From positions 1 through 57,581 of the IMG/VR virus record IMGVR_UViG_3300013094_000056: a DNA stretch of 57,581 nt; one strand, 5' to 3'. The notes below the pieces were generated by a model that did not search any database, was not told where the DNA came from, and was given only the letters and a program-made list of their open reading frames with translations. This stretch comes from a virus (Duplodnaviria > Caudoviricetes). Each line of letters begins with the position of its first letter. Position 1 is the first letter of the stretch. The position numbers and the translations under genes are program-made. Shown here in pieces: positions 1 to 9,706 of the stretch.

Positions 1-500
1 GCTGTGTTGAACAACGGAACAGATTGAAGGCTGGTGCAACCTTGAAACAAGCTGCCCATGTTCGTTGCAGATGCCGTGTTGAACAACGGAACAGATTGAA
101 GGCTGGTGCAGTTCTGGAACATGCTGGTCATCGTCGTGACAGCCGCTGTGTTGAACAATGGGGCCAACTGAAGGCTATAGCAGCCATAGAACATGCTTGA
201 CATGCTCGTGACAGCCACTGTGTTAAACAAAGGAACTGTCTGAAGGCTATAGCATTCATAGAACATGTTGGTCATGAAAACAACATTTACGGTGTTAAAA
301 AGAGGAACTGTCTGAAGGCTGTAGCAGGCATAGAACATGTTGGTCATGACTGTTACATTGGTCGTGTTGAACAATGGCACAGCCTGAAGGCTATAGCATC
401 CATAGAACATATTGCTCATGGTCGTGACTGCAGACGTATCAAACAAAGGAGTTGTCTGAAGGCTGTAGCAGGAACCAAACATGTTTATTGCGCTTGTCAC
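1..500 (-). repeat. Coding tandem repeat, ~69-nt period (LRR units), about 7 copies
   Basis: Recurring gtgttgaacaa...tgaaggct...aacat motif about every 69 nt. Confidence 0.85.
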
Positions 501-1349
501 TGCAGAAGTTGAGGCTGTCATGACCAAATTTCTGAGGTCAGACATCCCATAAAACAGATAAGCTGCCGTGTTCTGATTTCCCAGATTGACAATAGTTACC
601 TGCTGAACTAGCTCCATGTATATGTTTGAAGCGCCAGAAGTGGTCGAAGAAAGCTGCAAGCCACTAGTTGTAAAATTAGGGCTTCCTACGGCAATGTCCA
701 GCCAGCCAGTTTCATATTTATTCAAGCCAGTCTGCGTGTTCCTCAAGTTGAGATTGAGGCCAGTCAGGTTCCCGGTTGTCGCAGTCACGACCACCACTGC
801 CATTTTGTATGGCAGGATTGTCCCAGAGCCATCATTCGTCAGCGTTATCGCAGAGCCGCCAGAGGTTGCTGAAACCTGGAAATTATTTGTCGTAGCATTT
901 ACGACATAATAAATCTGACCGGCGACAATTCCAGTCGTTGTCACAACGGTGTTAAACGATATCGTCATACCGTTTGTGTAGCCGTGACTTGTCCGGTTTA
1001 CTGTGCTTGTGGCCGCTGTAAATGTAACGGGGGTGTCTGTCAGGCCTGATGCTGAATAGGCGTATTGATAGTTGGCCTGCGCACCAGACGTATAGGTCTG
1101 AGCGGAAGTTCCATCACCCCAATTTACAGTGTATGTCCCTGTGTCTGTCGTTGCCGAAAGAGCAGCGAAATTTGAGTCCGGGAACACAGCAATGAGACCG
1201 ACAAACTTCTGGTCAGTTGGGCCGACTGTAGGCAGAGCGACCCATGATGGATTTCGAACCCATGGGGTGACCACACCCTGATTGCTTCGCGCAGATACAG
1301 CCGTGTGCCTGAACGCCATAGCAGAAGACTGAACTGTGCGGATCGACAT
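1..1349 (-). CDS. Virion-associated surface protein with C-terminal 23-aa leucine-rich repeats (DUF285/BspA-like); runs off the window edge
   Basis: Not in the ORF track because it has no stop in the window. Manual translation from ATG 1349 (TGATG overlap with the upstream gene): MSIRTVQSSAMAFRH...VNWGDG..., then repeats like FNTxxVTxMxxMFYxCYSLQxVPL. Confidence 0.8.
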   Translation of the reverse strand, partial: MSIRTVQSSAMAFRHTAVSARSNQGVVTPWVRNPSWVALPTVGPTDQKFVGLIAVFPDSNFAALSATTDTGTYTVNWGDGTSAQTYTSGAQANYQYAYSASGLTDTPVTFTAATSTVNRTSHGYTNGMTISFNTVVTTTGIVAGQIYYVVNATTNNFQVSATSGGSAITLTNDGSGTILPYKMAVVVVTATTGNLTGLNLNLRNTQTGLNKYETGWLDIAVGSPNFTTSGLQLSSTTSGASNIYMELVQQVTIVNLGNQNTAAYLFYGMSDLRNLVMTASTSAVTSAINMFGSCYSLQTTPLFDTSAVTTMSNMFYGCYSLQAVPLFNTTNVTVMTNMFYACYSLQTVPLFNTVNVVFMTNMFYECYSLQTVPLFNTVAVTSMSSMFYGCYSLQLAPLFNTAAVTTMTSMFQNCTSLQSVPLFNTASATNMGSLFQGCTSLQSVPLFNT

Positions 1350-1675
1350 CAGCTAATCTCCGAACCAAACAAGTTGAATGAGAGTGTTGCTGAACCAGCG
1401 TACACCGTCACAACGTCTGTGGTCGCCAGCGTGACACCTAGCGTCAAGAAAACAGTGTCGTATTGGTTGACATAGTTTGAATAAACGATGTACTGCGCCG
1501 CCGTCAGCGTGGCACCCGCTTTGCGAATGGCCACATTGTATGTGGTGGATGCCCCTTGGTTGCAAATTGCCAAGGTTGAGCAAACTGCCGAAGTCGAAGC
1601 CGGAACTGTGTATATGTCTGTGTTCGTGGTGGCAGCAGGAGCTGACTGCCCCAGGACTTTGTATGTGGTAGTCAC
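1349..1675 (-). CDS. Small phage structural/fibre-associated protein
   Basis: 108 aa, Thr/Ala-rich beta-type sequence (YKVLGQSAPAATTNTDIYTVP), tightly coupled to neighbours. Confidence 0.6.
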   Translation of the reverse strand: MTTTYKVLGQSAPAATTNTDIYTVPASTSAVCSTLAICNQGASTTYNVAIRKAGATLTAAQYIVYSNYVNQYDTVFLTLGVTLATTDVVTVYAGSATLSFNLFGSEIS

Positions 1676-1678
1676 CGC

Positions 1679-3295
1679 TTAAGCTCCCATCAGCATAAAT
1701 ATGTCTTGAAGACCTGAAGAGCCGCCGCCTCCTGCTGGACCAGTCGGACCTGTAGGGCCTGCAGCGGTTGAAGCCGCGCCTGTTGGCCCGGTTGGGCCTG
1801 TAGGGCCTGCAACGGTTGAAGCCGCGCCTGTTGGCCCGGTCGGACCTGTTGGCCCATTGGTTCCTGCGGCTCCTGTTGGCCCGGTAGGGCCTGTTGGCCC
1901 GTTGGTTCCTGCGGTTCCTGTTGGCCCGGTTGGGCCTGTTGGCCCGGTTGGGCCTGTTGGCCCGTTGGTTCCTGCGGTTCCCGTTGGCCCGGTTGGGCCT
2001 GTTGGCCCGGTTGGCCCGTTGGTTCCTGCGGTTCCCGTTGGCCCAGTTGGGCCGGTAGGGCCAGTCAGGCCAGTGAAGCCTGTCGGACCCGTTGGGCCAG
2101 TGGGACCTGTCGGGCCAGCGACAGTTGAAGCTGCGCCTGTCGGCCCAGTCGGACCCGTTGGCCCTTGGCTTCCTGCTGTCCCTGTCGACCCAGTCGGACC
2201 CGTTGGCCCGGTCGGCCCTGCAACATTTGACGCTGCGCCTGTCGGACCTGTTGGGCCGGTGGGACCGGTAGGGCCAGCGACAGTTGACGCTGCGCCGGTG
2301 GGGCCTGTTGGACCGGTGGGACCTTGGCTTCCTGCTGTCCCTGTTGGACCGGTGGGGCCTGTCGGACCCGTTGGCCCGGTCGATCCTGCCGAACCTGTTG
2401 GGCCGGTCGGCCCGGTCGGACCCGCAACCATTGACGCTGCTCCGGTGGGGCCTGTAGGTCCTGTGGGCCCGGTCGGACCCGCAACCATTGACGCTGCGCC
2501 TGTCGGCCCGGTAGGGCCAGTCGGACCCGTTGGCCCGGCAACAGTTGATGCTGCACCGGTAGGACCTGTTGGGCCTGTCGGACCTTGAATGCCAGTTGGC
2601 CCGGTCGGACCGGTGGGACCAGCCAGGCCTGTCGGACCAGTTGGACCCGTTGGCCCGGCAACGGTTGACGCTGCGCCGGTGGGTCCTGTTGGGCCTGTGG
2701 GGCCGGTCGGACCTTGAATGCCAGTTGGTCCGGTGGGACCTGTAGGTCCTGTGTGGCCGGTCGGCCCGGTCGGACCCGTTGGCCCGGCAACGGTTGACGC
2801 TGCACCGGTAGGGCCGGTCGGCCCGGTCGGACCCGTTGGCCCTGTTGGACCTTCAATCCCCTGCGTTCCTGTAGGACCAGTCGGGCCGGTTGGGCCTTGA
2901 ATGCCTGTTGGCCCGGTCGGACCTGTCGGACCCGTTGGCCCGGTGGGACCTTCAATGCCTTGTGTTCCTGTGGGGCCAGTCGGACCTGTTGGCCCGGTAG
3001 GTCCGGTTGGACCTTCCATTCCTTGCGTTCCGGTCGGACCCGTTGGCCCTGTTGGACCCGTTGGCCCGGTCGGACCTGTTGGCCCTGTCGGACCGGTCGG
3101 CCCTGTAGGTCCAGCAACAGTTGATCCTGCGCCGGTGGGGCCAGTCGGACCGATGGGACCGATGACTGCAGCAATGGGAAGCTCAGGCGGATTTTCATCG
3201 CCAACCCAGAATACTGTGGGCAGAACCGTTGGGCCGCGCCAATATGTCGTCGGCGGATTCGATATGCCCCGCCAGTATAGCTGGAAGCTGGTCAT
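1679..3295 (-). CDS. Collagen-like (GPT)n fibre protein
   Basis: 538 aa, almost entirely Gly-Pro-Thr triplets with periodic [11 protein letters not shown] interruptions. Confidence 0.9.
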   Translation of the reverse strand: MTSFQLYWRGISNPPTTYWRGPTVLPTVFWVGDENPPELPIAAVIGPIGPTGPTGAGSTVAGPTGPTGPTGPTGPTGPTGPTGPTGPTGTQGMEGPTGPTGPTGPTGPTGTQGIEGPTGPTGPTGPTGPTGIQGPTGPTGPTGTQGIEGPTGPTGPTGPTGPTGAASTVAGPTGPTGPTGHTGPTGPTGPTGIQGPTGPTGPTGPTGAASTVAGPTGPTGPTGLAGPTGPTGPTGIQGPTGPTGPTGAASTVAGPTGPTGPTGPTGAASMVAGPTGPTGPTGPTGAASMVAGPTGPTGPTGSAGSTGPTGPTGPTGPTGTAGSQGPTGPTGPTGAASTVAGPTGPTGPTGPTGAASNVAGPTGPTGPTGSTGTAGSQGPTGPTGPTGAASTVAGPTGPTGPTGPTGFTGLTGPTGPTGPTGTAGTNGPTGPTGPTGPTGTAGTNGPTGPTGPTGPTGPTGTAGTNGPTGPTGPTGAAGTNGPTGPTGPTGAASTVAGPTGPTGPTGAASTAAGPTGPTGPAGGGGSSGLQDIFMLMGA

Positions 3296-3648
3296 GCTGC
3301 GGGTGTCACACTTTCAACAATGTTGATGACCTGCGTCGTTGTGACGGCGATTGTTGAGCTGCCCGACATGATTAGAGCATCCGTAATGTAGGAGCCGGGT
3401 GTGAGAGCAGCGCAAGTCGCAGCATCAATCACACCTTCCCAATACGCTGGGGCACCATCAAGCGCCGGGTAATACGTCACAGCAAATACTGCTGTTGGTG
3501 CAACAGTGACTGGAGGTGCTTGAAGGTTGTAAGAAACCTTGAGCGACATCGTCACAGTCAAGTCTGCAGGATTGTAATCACCAGCATCTGCAATGACAAG
3601 ATCAGCAATGATTGCTTCACCGCGAGGGTATGTGAAGGGGATTCCCAT
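3292..3648 (-). CDS. Putative fibre adaptor/baseplate-upper-like protein
   Basis: 118 aa, AAGGA RBS, ATGA overlap with the collagen gene; function inferred from position. Confidence 0.5.
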   Translation of the reverse strand: MGIPFTYPRGEAIIADLVIADAGDYNPADLTVTMSLKVSYNLQAPPVTVAPTAVFAVTYYPALDGAPAYWEGVIDAATCAALTPGSYITDALIMSGSSTIAVTTTQVINIVESVTPAA

Positions 3649-3746
3649 GTTGTGGTCCTTGCAGGCTGGTCGCCGCTTTTGCAGCTATACTTTGCCTGAA
3701 AATAGCTCCCAAGCAAAGTGAAAGTTTTGATTTGATCAAATTAAGA

Positions 3747-4238
3747 TCAAGGCTTGATCGTTACAGCCCAATTATGAGCATCGATCGCATAAGTCACAGA
3801 GCTTGTGCAGGCTTGCAAGTCGCTGGTGGATACCACGACGGAATCTGTGGGCACGACTGCAGGAAGCTCGGAACTGTCACCTTTGGCGGGGGAAGAGGTT
3901 GAGCCGGAACTACCTTTAGCGGCTGCGGGCTGCACGCGGTGAGAAGCGATGTAGGCAGCAGCGTAAGAGTGAGCATCTTCAAGATGAGACTCGTAGTCTT
4001 TTTGTGCTTTTTGGGCTTGATCATTGTACATTGCCTGTTCGTGAGCGAGAGCTTCCTGAGCGATTGCTGCGGCAGCTGCCTGAGTTTCCTTGAACTGCTC
4101 TGCTTGAATCCTCACAGCATCAGCATTGGCGACAGCGCGACTGTCAAAGTGCCAAGCCAGAGCCGACACAGCGAACAGCGCGCCAAGATACCAATACCTG
4201 CTCAGGAAGCCACAGAGGAGGCCAAGGAGAGCGTTCAC
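3747..4238 (-). CDS. Rz-like inner-membrane spanin
   Basis: N-terminal TM segment, Ala/Gln coiled coil, last gene of the lysis cassette; probable GTG start at 4238. Confidence 0.7.
   Translation of the reverse strand: MNALLGLLCGFLSRYWYLGALFAVSALAWHFDSRAVANADAVRIQAEQFKETQAAAAAIAQEALAHEQAMYNDQAQKAQKDYESHLEDAHSYAAAYIASHRVQPAAAKGSSGSTSSPAKGDSSELPAVVPTDSVVVSTSDLQACTSSVTYAIDAHNWAVTIKP
3794..3976 (-). CDS. Rz1-like outer-membrane lipoprotein spanin embedded in Rz
   Basis: Alternative frame within Rz; hydrophobic signal with lipobox LLTA-C followed by a Pro-rich mature region. Start may be at 3976 or up to 4024. Confidence 0.75.
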   Translation of the reverse strand: MLTLTLLPTSLLTACSPQPLKVVPAQPLPPPKVTVPSFLQSCPQIPSWYPPATCKPAQAL

Positions 4239-4402
4239 AGCGCGTGACCTAGCAGCGCCGCCAGGATGACGACCGGAGCCCAGAAAGGCCACCCTGAGAC
4301 GAATGTAGCCTTAGCCTTGCCAACGAATGTTTCGGCCTTGGCCTCTGCCTTTGCTTCGACGCCTGCTGCAATCGCTTTGATGTCGCTTTTGATATCAACC
4401 AT
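4235..4402 (-). CDS. Small membrane protein (55 aa) in the lysis cassette
   Basis: Manual translation MVDIKSDIKAIAAGVEAKAEAKAETFVGKAKATFVSGWPFWAPVVILAALLGHAL; fills the gap with overlaps at both ends. Confidence 0.6.
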   Translation of the reverse strand: MVDIKSDIKAIAAGVEAKAEAKAETFVGKAKATFVSGWPFWAPVVILAALLGHAL

Positions 4403-4868
4403 CGGACTTTTCCTTTTTGCTGATTGGCTTCAGAACGACCGCACCTTCGTGCTTGACAAGGTCGGCAAACCAGAATGGGGCAGGAACCTGATGAATCCCG
4501 AGGCCAGCGCCGCGATGGCATGGCATGCAGAGAACCATAAGGTTGCGAAGGTCATCAGGACTTTGTGGGAGCGGATTTCCGCCCTTCATGCCATCTGCAG
4601 CGAAACCATAAGCATCCCACTGATGCATGATGCGCAGAACCTTTGAAGGGTCCGCATTATTCCACTCGCTCCACTCGATGATGTAGTGGTGGACCTCAAG
4701 GTGGTCTTTTCCGCCACACTTCCAGCAGCCGAGGCCGAGCTTGTGAACGAGGCGGTGCTTGTTGGCATCAAATTCAGCAGTGTTTGCGCTGCCCCGATCG
4801 ATGTGTTCAGGGTACTCGACATCAACCCGAAGACTTTCGAGCTGCTCGTGAGCTGGTGTTTTATCCAT
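4395..4868 (-). CDS. HNH-like zinc-binding protein
   Basis: CWKC...LEVHH...NLMVLCMPCH...GIH motifs. Confidence 0.65.
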   Translation of the reverse strand: MDKTPAHEQLESLRVDVEYPEHIDRGSANTAEFDANKHRLVHKLGLGCWKCGGKDHLEVHHYIIEWSEWNNADPSKVLRIMHQWDAYGFAADGMKGGNPLPQSPDDLRNLMVLCMPCHRGAGLGIHQVPAPFWFADLVKHEGAVVLKPISKKEKSDG

Positions 4869-5097
4869 TGTTCGAAGCCTCCGGAGTCAGTTTTGCGCCT
4901 ACACCACCGCTGACCAGAATAGCACTCCAGGCCATTGCGAATGCCTGATAGACTTCTGGGGTCAAAGTGTTATGCCACATTTGAGAGGCGAACGCCAGAG
5001 CAGCCATGAGCAGACCTGTGGCTGCGCCCACCCTTTGCATTGAATATGTTTTGTTGTCGCTCTCTGTGAAGAGGTCTGTGACGAATTTCAAACCCAC
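4861..5097 (-). CDS. Putative holin (2 TM)
   Basis: 78 aa, two hydrophobic helices, directly after the endolysin. Confidence 0.6.
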   Translation of the reverse strand: MGLKFVTDLFTESDNKTYSMQRVGAATGLLMAALAFASQMWHNTLTPEVYQAFAMAWSAILVSGGVGAKLTPEASNNG

Positions 5098-5612
5098 GAC
5101 AATGCCTTTTCCGTTATTCTTTCTGTCCTGGCGAGCCAGCCATTGCCGAACACTTTGAATGTCGGCAAGCCTTTGTAGAAATTGGCTCGAGCCTTTTGAT
5201 AGTCGCCAACGAGGGTCTTGATTCCTGTCGCTCGCAGAAACTGCTGCGCCGCGAGGATCGTCTGTGTTCCTGCATGACCATCAGCCGGGCAACCGACGAT
5301 CTTCTGAAGTTCCATCACTGCACGACCATCGCCGCCGTTGACTGCAAAATCAAAAACACACAGCGCCAACGGCAGAGGATATTTGTCGCAGCTCGTGGCT
5401 TGCCAATATCGATTGCGGTAAAGCGGTGTGACACCGATCACTGACAGCGCCTTGATGTCATTGACCGAAACAGGATGGCCGACCCAGCTTTCCCAGCTGC
5501 TTTTTGTCACACCGAGATTGGTTGCGCCACCGGGATCAGCCGGATTGTCCACGAAACCACCCTCTTCACCAAGTGTGACTGGCAAGCACTGAAGAAAAGG
5601 GTCTACCGGCAT
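5088..5612 (-). CDS. Endolysin, glycoside hydrolase family 108 with C-terminal PG-binding domain
   Basis: EGGFVDNPADPGGATNLGVT motif; FDFAVNGG; FGNGWLAR. Confidence 0.9.
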   Translation of the reverse strand: MPVDPFLQCLPVTLGEEGGFVDNPADPGGATNLGVTKSSWESWVGHPVSVNDIKALSVIGVTPLYRNRYWQATSCDKYPLPLALCVFDFAVNGGDGRAVMELQKIVGCPADGHAGTQTILAAQQFLRATGIKTLVGDYQKARANFYKGLPTFKVFGNGWLARTERITEKALSWV

Positions 5613-5627
5613 CTCAGTCTCTTTCGT

Positions 5628-5981
5628 TTACTTCATGGGCGGTGTGTGAACGCCCAAGCCAAGGAAGTTGGAGAGTGCCGCGAGCAAGCTCACAACGATC
5701 GCAAGGATGGCGATCCAGTTGGAGTGACCGTCTTTTCGCTCTTTCTTGGCCCCTTGCTCGTGGCCTTCTTGAACCTTCAAAGAGATGATGTCTCGGTGAA
5801 GGCCAGCCACAAGATCTTTGATCTCTTTAAAGCCAGCATCAACCTTGATTTCAAACCTGTCCATACGGTCGTTCAAGGTGTCCTCCACCCGCTGAATGCT
5901 TCTTCCAGACGCCTCAGCCATTGCCTGCGCCTTTCCAATTTCAATGCCCAGTTCGGCATGGGTGGGTGAGATCGTGGACAT
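5628..5981 (-). CDS. Coiled-coil protein with C-terminal TM (holin/antiholin-like)
   Basis: Heptad pattern followed by WIAILAIVVSLLAAL; upstream of the endolysin. Confidence 0.55.
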   Translation of the reverse strand: MSTISPTHAELGIEIGKAQAMAEASGRSIQRVEDTLNDRMDRFEIKVDAGFKEIKDLVAGLHRDIISLKVQEGHEQGAKKERKDGHSNWIAILAIVVSLLAALSNFLGLGVHTPPMK

Positions 5982-5987
5982 CGGGAA

Positions 5988-6284
5988 TTACCCGTAGAAC
6001 GAAACTAGCAGGGTGGAGCCACCAGCGTTGGTGGAGATGAATTGGATGGAAGAAAGATCTCCTGCAAAACCCATAGGCTCAAGGCTGACCGGCATGATCA
6101 TGCCACCGCCAAAAGCAGCCGTTGGTGCGACGCCATCATCACGCCAATTGACAGCCTGAGTTGCCGCCTGAATGAGTGCAAATTTGGATTTTGCAGGGAC
6201 GGTGAGATTTTGAGCGGCGGAGTTGGTGAGCGTCAGTGTTGCAAAACCAAGAGGCGAATACTGACCGGGGAAAAGATTCGACAT
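5988..6284 (-). CDS. Small structural/hypothetical protein
   Basis: 98-aa ORF in the late operon. Confidence 0.55.
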   Translation of the reverse strand: MSNLFPGQYSPLGFATLTLTNSAAQNLTVPAKSKFALIQAATQAVNWRDDGVAPTAAFGGGMIMPVSLEPMGFAGDLSSIQFISTNAGGSTLLVSFYG

Positions 6285-6298
6285 ATATCACCCTTTGA

Positions 6299-7366
6299 TT
6301 AGAAGCCAACGGCCCACATTTTGATTGTAGCTGAATCACCTGCACCGCCAGTGTTGTAATTGACGATCCAAGTTGTGCGATATTGCGACGCGCTGATGCT
6401 GCTTACGTCGATGACGCAGCCGCCGTTTGAAACGCTGGTGTTGTCTTTGTATGCCCCGTCGCAGAACAAGCAAGCGTTCGGGAACGGGGTCGGAAAGCTG
6501 TATGTCTGGCTCGAGTTGACTGTGCCAGAAACCGAAGCCCATTGAAGAATAATTTCTGTCTGAACGCCAGCAACCAGGACTGGGATCGTGGCATAACCAT
6601 TCGCAGTCTGCGACGATGCGCCAAAGCCAAGGCCAGCCAGCAAAGCCGAGATGCCAACGTCACTGGGCGCGGCAGGGCTGCCAGAGATGTTCGCCTTGAC
6701 TGTGTTGGCAGCCATTGGTGCGAGGTTCGAGTTGAAAATCTGAGCAGGCTCGCTCAGCAGCTCAAAATTGCTGCCGTCCCAAGCCACTTCAAAGATGCAG
6801 CTCGCAGCCAGCTGACCAGCCTGAAGCGGCTGGCCATTCAGGAGAACGCTCTTTGCACCGAGGCCATTGACGTTGAGGGTGTATGCGCCTGTATTTGCGG
6901 AAGCGATCTTGCCGACGCGGATCGGCGAATAGTAGATGCTCGAAAGGCTTGTGGTGGCTGGGTTCAAAAAGATCGAGCCGGCATTCTGGGTTCCGACATC
7001 ACCAGCAGCATTGCCGGTCTGCGACTGAATGTCGCTCGGTCCAGACAGAGTGCTCAAGAAGCCAGCTGTCGGGAAGTTCGCAAATATTGCACCAGTCGAC
7101 CAAGCGGAAGCTGTCGTGTTCTCTTGGCCACGAACGACTGTCATGGTGTCGCCAGAGCGAGCAGTGACCTTTACGATCTCACAGTTGGTCGGTGTGAGCG
7201 TTGTCGTCCCAGCAGCGAAGATGGTTGCTGTGAAAAACTGCTGACCGGTCAAGGTGGGGAAATAAAGATTCCCGGTGCCTGCTGCCACAGTGATGGTGGT
7301 TGCAGTGCTGGAGATTCCGCCGCCTAGCGTTGTGCTGGCATTGTTGGAGAACTGTTCAAGACTCAT
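6299..7366 (-). CDS. Tail fibre protein
   Basis: Follows the baseplate wedge genes; N-terminal FSNNASTTL...EIVKVTARSGD; C-terminal LQW..G....FPTPFPNAC fibre-tip motif. Confidence 0.75.
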   Translation of the reverse strand: MSLEQFSNNASTTLGGGISSTATTITVAAGTGNLYFPTLTGQQFFTATIFAAGTTTLTPTNCEIVKVTARSGDTMTVVRGQENTTASAWSTGAIFANFPTAGFLSTLSGPSDIQSQTGNAAGDVGTQNAGSIFLNPATTSLSSIYYSPIRVGKIASANTGAYTLNVNGLGAKSVLLNGQPLQAGQLAASCIFEVAWDGSNFELLSEPAQIFNSNLAPMAANTVKANISGSPAAPSDVGISALLAGLGFGASSQTANGYATIPVLVAGVQTEIILQWASVSGTVNSSQTYSFPTPFPNACLFCDGAYKDNTSVSNGGCVIDVSSISASQYRTTWIVNYNTGGAGDSATIKMWAVGF

Positions 7367-8253
7367 CCTACCACCACCGTCCAAGTAATCTGAATGGGAA
7401 GTTCAATTGCGCCAGTTATCACTGCCGCTGCAAAAATGTTTGATTCAATGCCGACCGGGAGCGTAATTGTCCACTGCTTAAAACCGGTCGGCACAACAGA
7501 GATGTTGTATTGCGTATCATTCACGACATCAGTGCCATTGGCACCATTCAGAAAACGATTGATCCTACGCTTCAGCCAAGTCGGCGTGAAGACTTTTCCG
7601 TCGCCTTTGTAAAAGGCCCATGTGATGATTCGACGGTAAGTGTCATCGCTCGTCGATGTGTTGGCGAGGCTGATAACCCAATTCGCAAACGTTCCAGAAC
7701 CGCCTGTGCTCGTCACTGTGATTGTCATGGAAGTGCCGGTGTAGGCGGTTATGTATCCCTGCATGTAATTGGCAAGGTTAGAAGCACTTGCGACGCTCAC
7801 CTGATTGCCGACTGAAAAGGCCGAGCCTGTTGCCGGGGTGCTGACTGTGAAAGTGTAAGAGCCAGTCCCGATCGTCGCAGACGTTGTGCTGGTCAGATTG
7901 GCATAGCCTGTGCCAGCGCTGAAGCCATTGAATGTCAGGGAGTTGACGGTGAACGTATTGACATCACCGACTGTCAGTGTTCCGCCGCTGACAGCGAGCT
8001 GCGGACGAATTATTCCGTAAATGCTCTGACCGACAAAATCCAGAAAGCTGCCAGAGATTGGCGCTTGGGTGTATATCGGCAGGTTCAGCTGATTGAACCA
8101 GTTGATGTAGGCTTGAGAATACTGATTGTAAGCAGTGAAAAAGGCCGCAACGTTGTCATCGTCCTGGTACTGCAAATACAGGTACGCAGGGATTGTGTTC
8201 TGGATCGAGGTCGGTCCAGTCACAGGCCAGTTTGTGCTTACGCCAAGTGTCAC
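7363..8253 (-). CDS. Baseplate wedge protein (DUF2612/gpI-like) with an inserted beta module
   Basis: LDFVGQSIYG and SDDTYRRIITW motifs; directly after baseplate J. Confidence 0.7.
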   Translation of the reverse strand: MTLGVSTNWPVTGPTSIQNTIPAYLYLQYQDDDNVAAFFTAYNQYSQAYINWFNQLNLPIYTQAPISGSFLDFVGQSIYGIIRPQLAVSGGTLTVGDVNTFTVNSLTFNGFSAGTGYANLTSTTSATIGTGSYTFTVSTPATGSAFSVGNQVSVASASNLANYMQGYITAYTGTSMTITVTSTGGSGTFANWVISLANTSTSDDTYRRIITWAFYKGDGKVFTPTWLKRRINRFLNGANGTDVVNDTQYNISVVPTGFKQWTITLPVGIESNIFAAAVITGAIELPIQITWTVVVG

Positions 8254-8254
8254 A

Positions 8255-9706
8255 TCACACCTGCGTGATTACGATGTTGTTGGAAGTGACCGTAAAATAG
8301 CTTTCAGGATCACCGTAGATCAGCGATGTCCCGACTGCTGGATTCGCCTCATAGCCGTTGATCGTAACTGTAAAATCAAGATAGCTGATCAGAGCCGGGT
8401 TGCCGTTGAATAGGCCAAGAACAGACTCAATGAAGTCTGTCTGAAGCGCAAACAGGTTGATCGGAGCGCCAACCGGAATGCTGTTGATGTAGGCCAGAAT
8501 CGCAGCATTGCCCAGCTGTGCAACTGATGTCGCAGAAACATAGTTGGGGCTGATCGAGTTCCAGGAAAGCTGAATGTAAACATTCTGCGCCGGAGGGTTC
8601 ACAAAGGGAACTGTGTAGGTGTCCGGATAGCTGTTGATGTTCACCGAGATGTTGCGCGTGTTCGGTGTGACTACGCCGCCACCAGTGTATGCGCCCGACG
8701 ACGATGTGTTGACGCCGAAGCTGAATTGTGTGGGGCTGATGACGGTGACTGTGTATGGCCCACCGTTGACGCCTGACATGCCATTGACGCCAGAGATGTA
8801 GACATTGCTCTGACCGGTGATGAACCCATGGTCGATGTAAGTTGTAACGACTCCGGGATTGGCAACGGTGACATTCGTCACTGTCGTTGTGGAGCCGACC
8901 AGCGTTGAAATATCAAGGCCAGAATCATAGATGGCATTTGCCACCTGATAAGGGTCGCCGCCGCCGACGATCACTTCCCAGCCGCCGCCGTTGACCTGCT
9001 TGATGGCGATCAACCGAGGCTGAACGCTTGGGACATTCGACAGCAGCGTCTTGGCCATGCTGGCGTTTCCTTGACCGGAAACCAGCCCTGCCTGAAGAAC
9101 CTGCGCCGCGAATTCCTGCTGGGTCTGAGCGCCAGCGCTGGGTGTGCCAACCTGAGGATTGGTCACCGAAAGGCTGATGCCTGTTGGCACGCTTGAGATG
9201 ATCGAGCTGACGGAATTGGCAGGAACCGCCCATGTTCCGCTCTGCGTTGCGACCGCATAAAGCGCAACAGACGAGCCAGAGCTTCCGACGATGCCGCCGT
9301 CCTGAATCTGGTATTGATATGTTCCGTCAGAAACCAGAAAGCCGGGAGGAATCTGGAACCCGATGGTCCCAGTGAACACGACATAGACTGAAGTGTTGGA
9401 GGTCGTCCCTTGTGCGACGCCATAGATATTGCCGAGCTCAGTCAGCAAATAGGCATTCGCGCCGAAAGGTGTGATGGAGTTGATTGTCTCGACCGCAGCC
9501 GCGTCGCACAGTGCAATCGCATAAGTCGCTGTGCTGGCAAGGTCTTCAATCAACCCACCAGGAAGGACAGTGTATCCCGGATTGTTGGCAGCCACCAGCT
9601 GAATCAGGTTCGCCCAAAGGGTCGCCGGGGGCGTTGGTTGTGCGCCAGCATCAGTCACTGTGAAGTTGACTGTGATTGGGGTTGAAGTTGAAGAGGTCGT
9701 TGTCAT
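8255..9706 (-). CDS. Baseplate J-like wedge protein
   Basis: LTELGNIYGV, FTGTIGFQIPPGFLVSDG, VTNP..G motifs; synteny. Confidence 0.8.
   Translation of the reverse strand: MTTTSSTSTPITVNFTVTDAGAQPTPPATLWANLIQLVAANNPGYTVLPGGLIEDLASTATYAIALCDAAAVETINSITPFGANAYLLTELGNIYGVAQGTTSNTSVYVVFTGTIGFQIPPGFLVSDGTYQYQIQDGGIVGSSGSSVALYAVATQSGTWAVPANSVSSIISSVPTGISLSVTNPQVGTPSAGAQTQQEFAAQVLQAGLVSGQGNASMAKTLLSNVPSVQPRLIAIKQVNGGGWEVIVGGGDPYQVANAIYDSGLDISTLVGSTTTVTNVTVANPGVVTTYIDHGFITGQSNVYISGVNGMSGVNGGPYTVTVISPTQFSFGVNTSSSGAYTGGGVVTPNTRNISVNINSYPDTYTVPFVNPPAQNVYIQLSWNSISPNYVSATSVAQLGNAAILAYINSIPVGAPINLFALQTDFIESVLGLFNGNPALISYLDFTVTINGYEANPAVGTSLIYGDPESYFTVTSNNIVITQV

Noticed and set aside
1-500. Regularly spaced repeats suggesting a CRISPR array or DGR template/variable repeat
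   Set aside because: The 69-nt period is in-frame coding LRR, variation is not restricted to adenines, and there is no cas or reverse transcriptase gene in the window.
1857-3326. Plus-strand (PVG)n ORFs and alternative-frame Q/R/P-rich ORFs, also at 31.3-32.4 kb
   Set aside because: Frame and antisense artefacts of the GPT collagen repeats.
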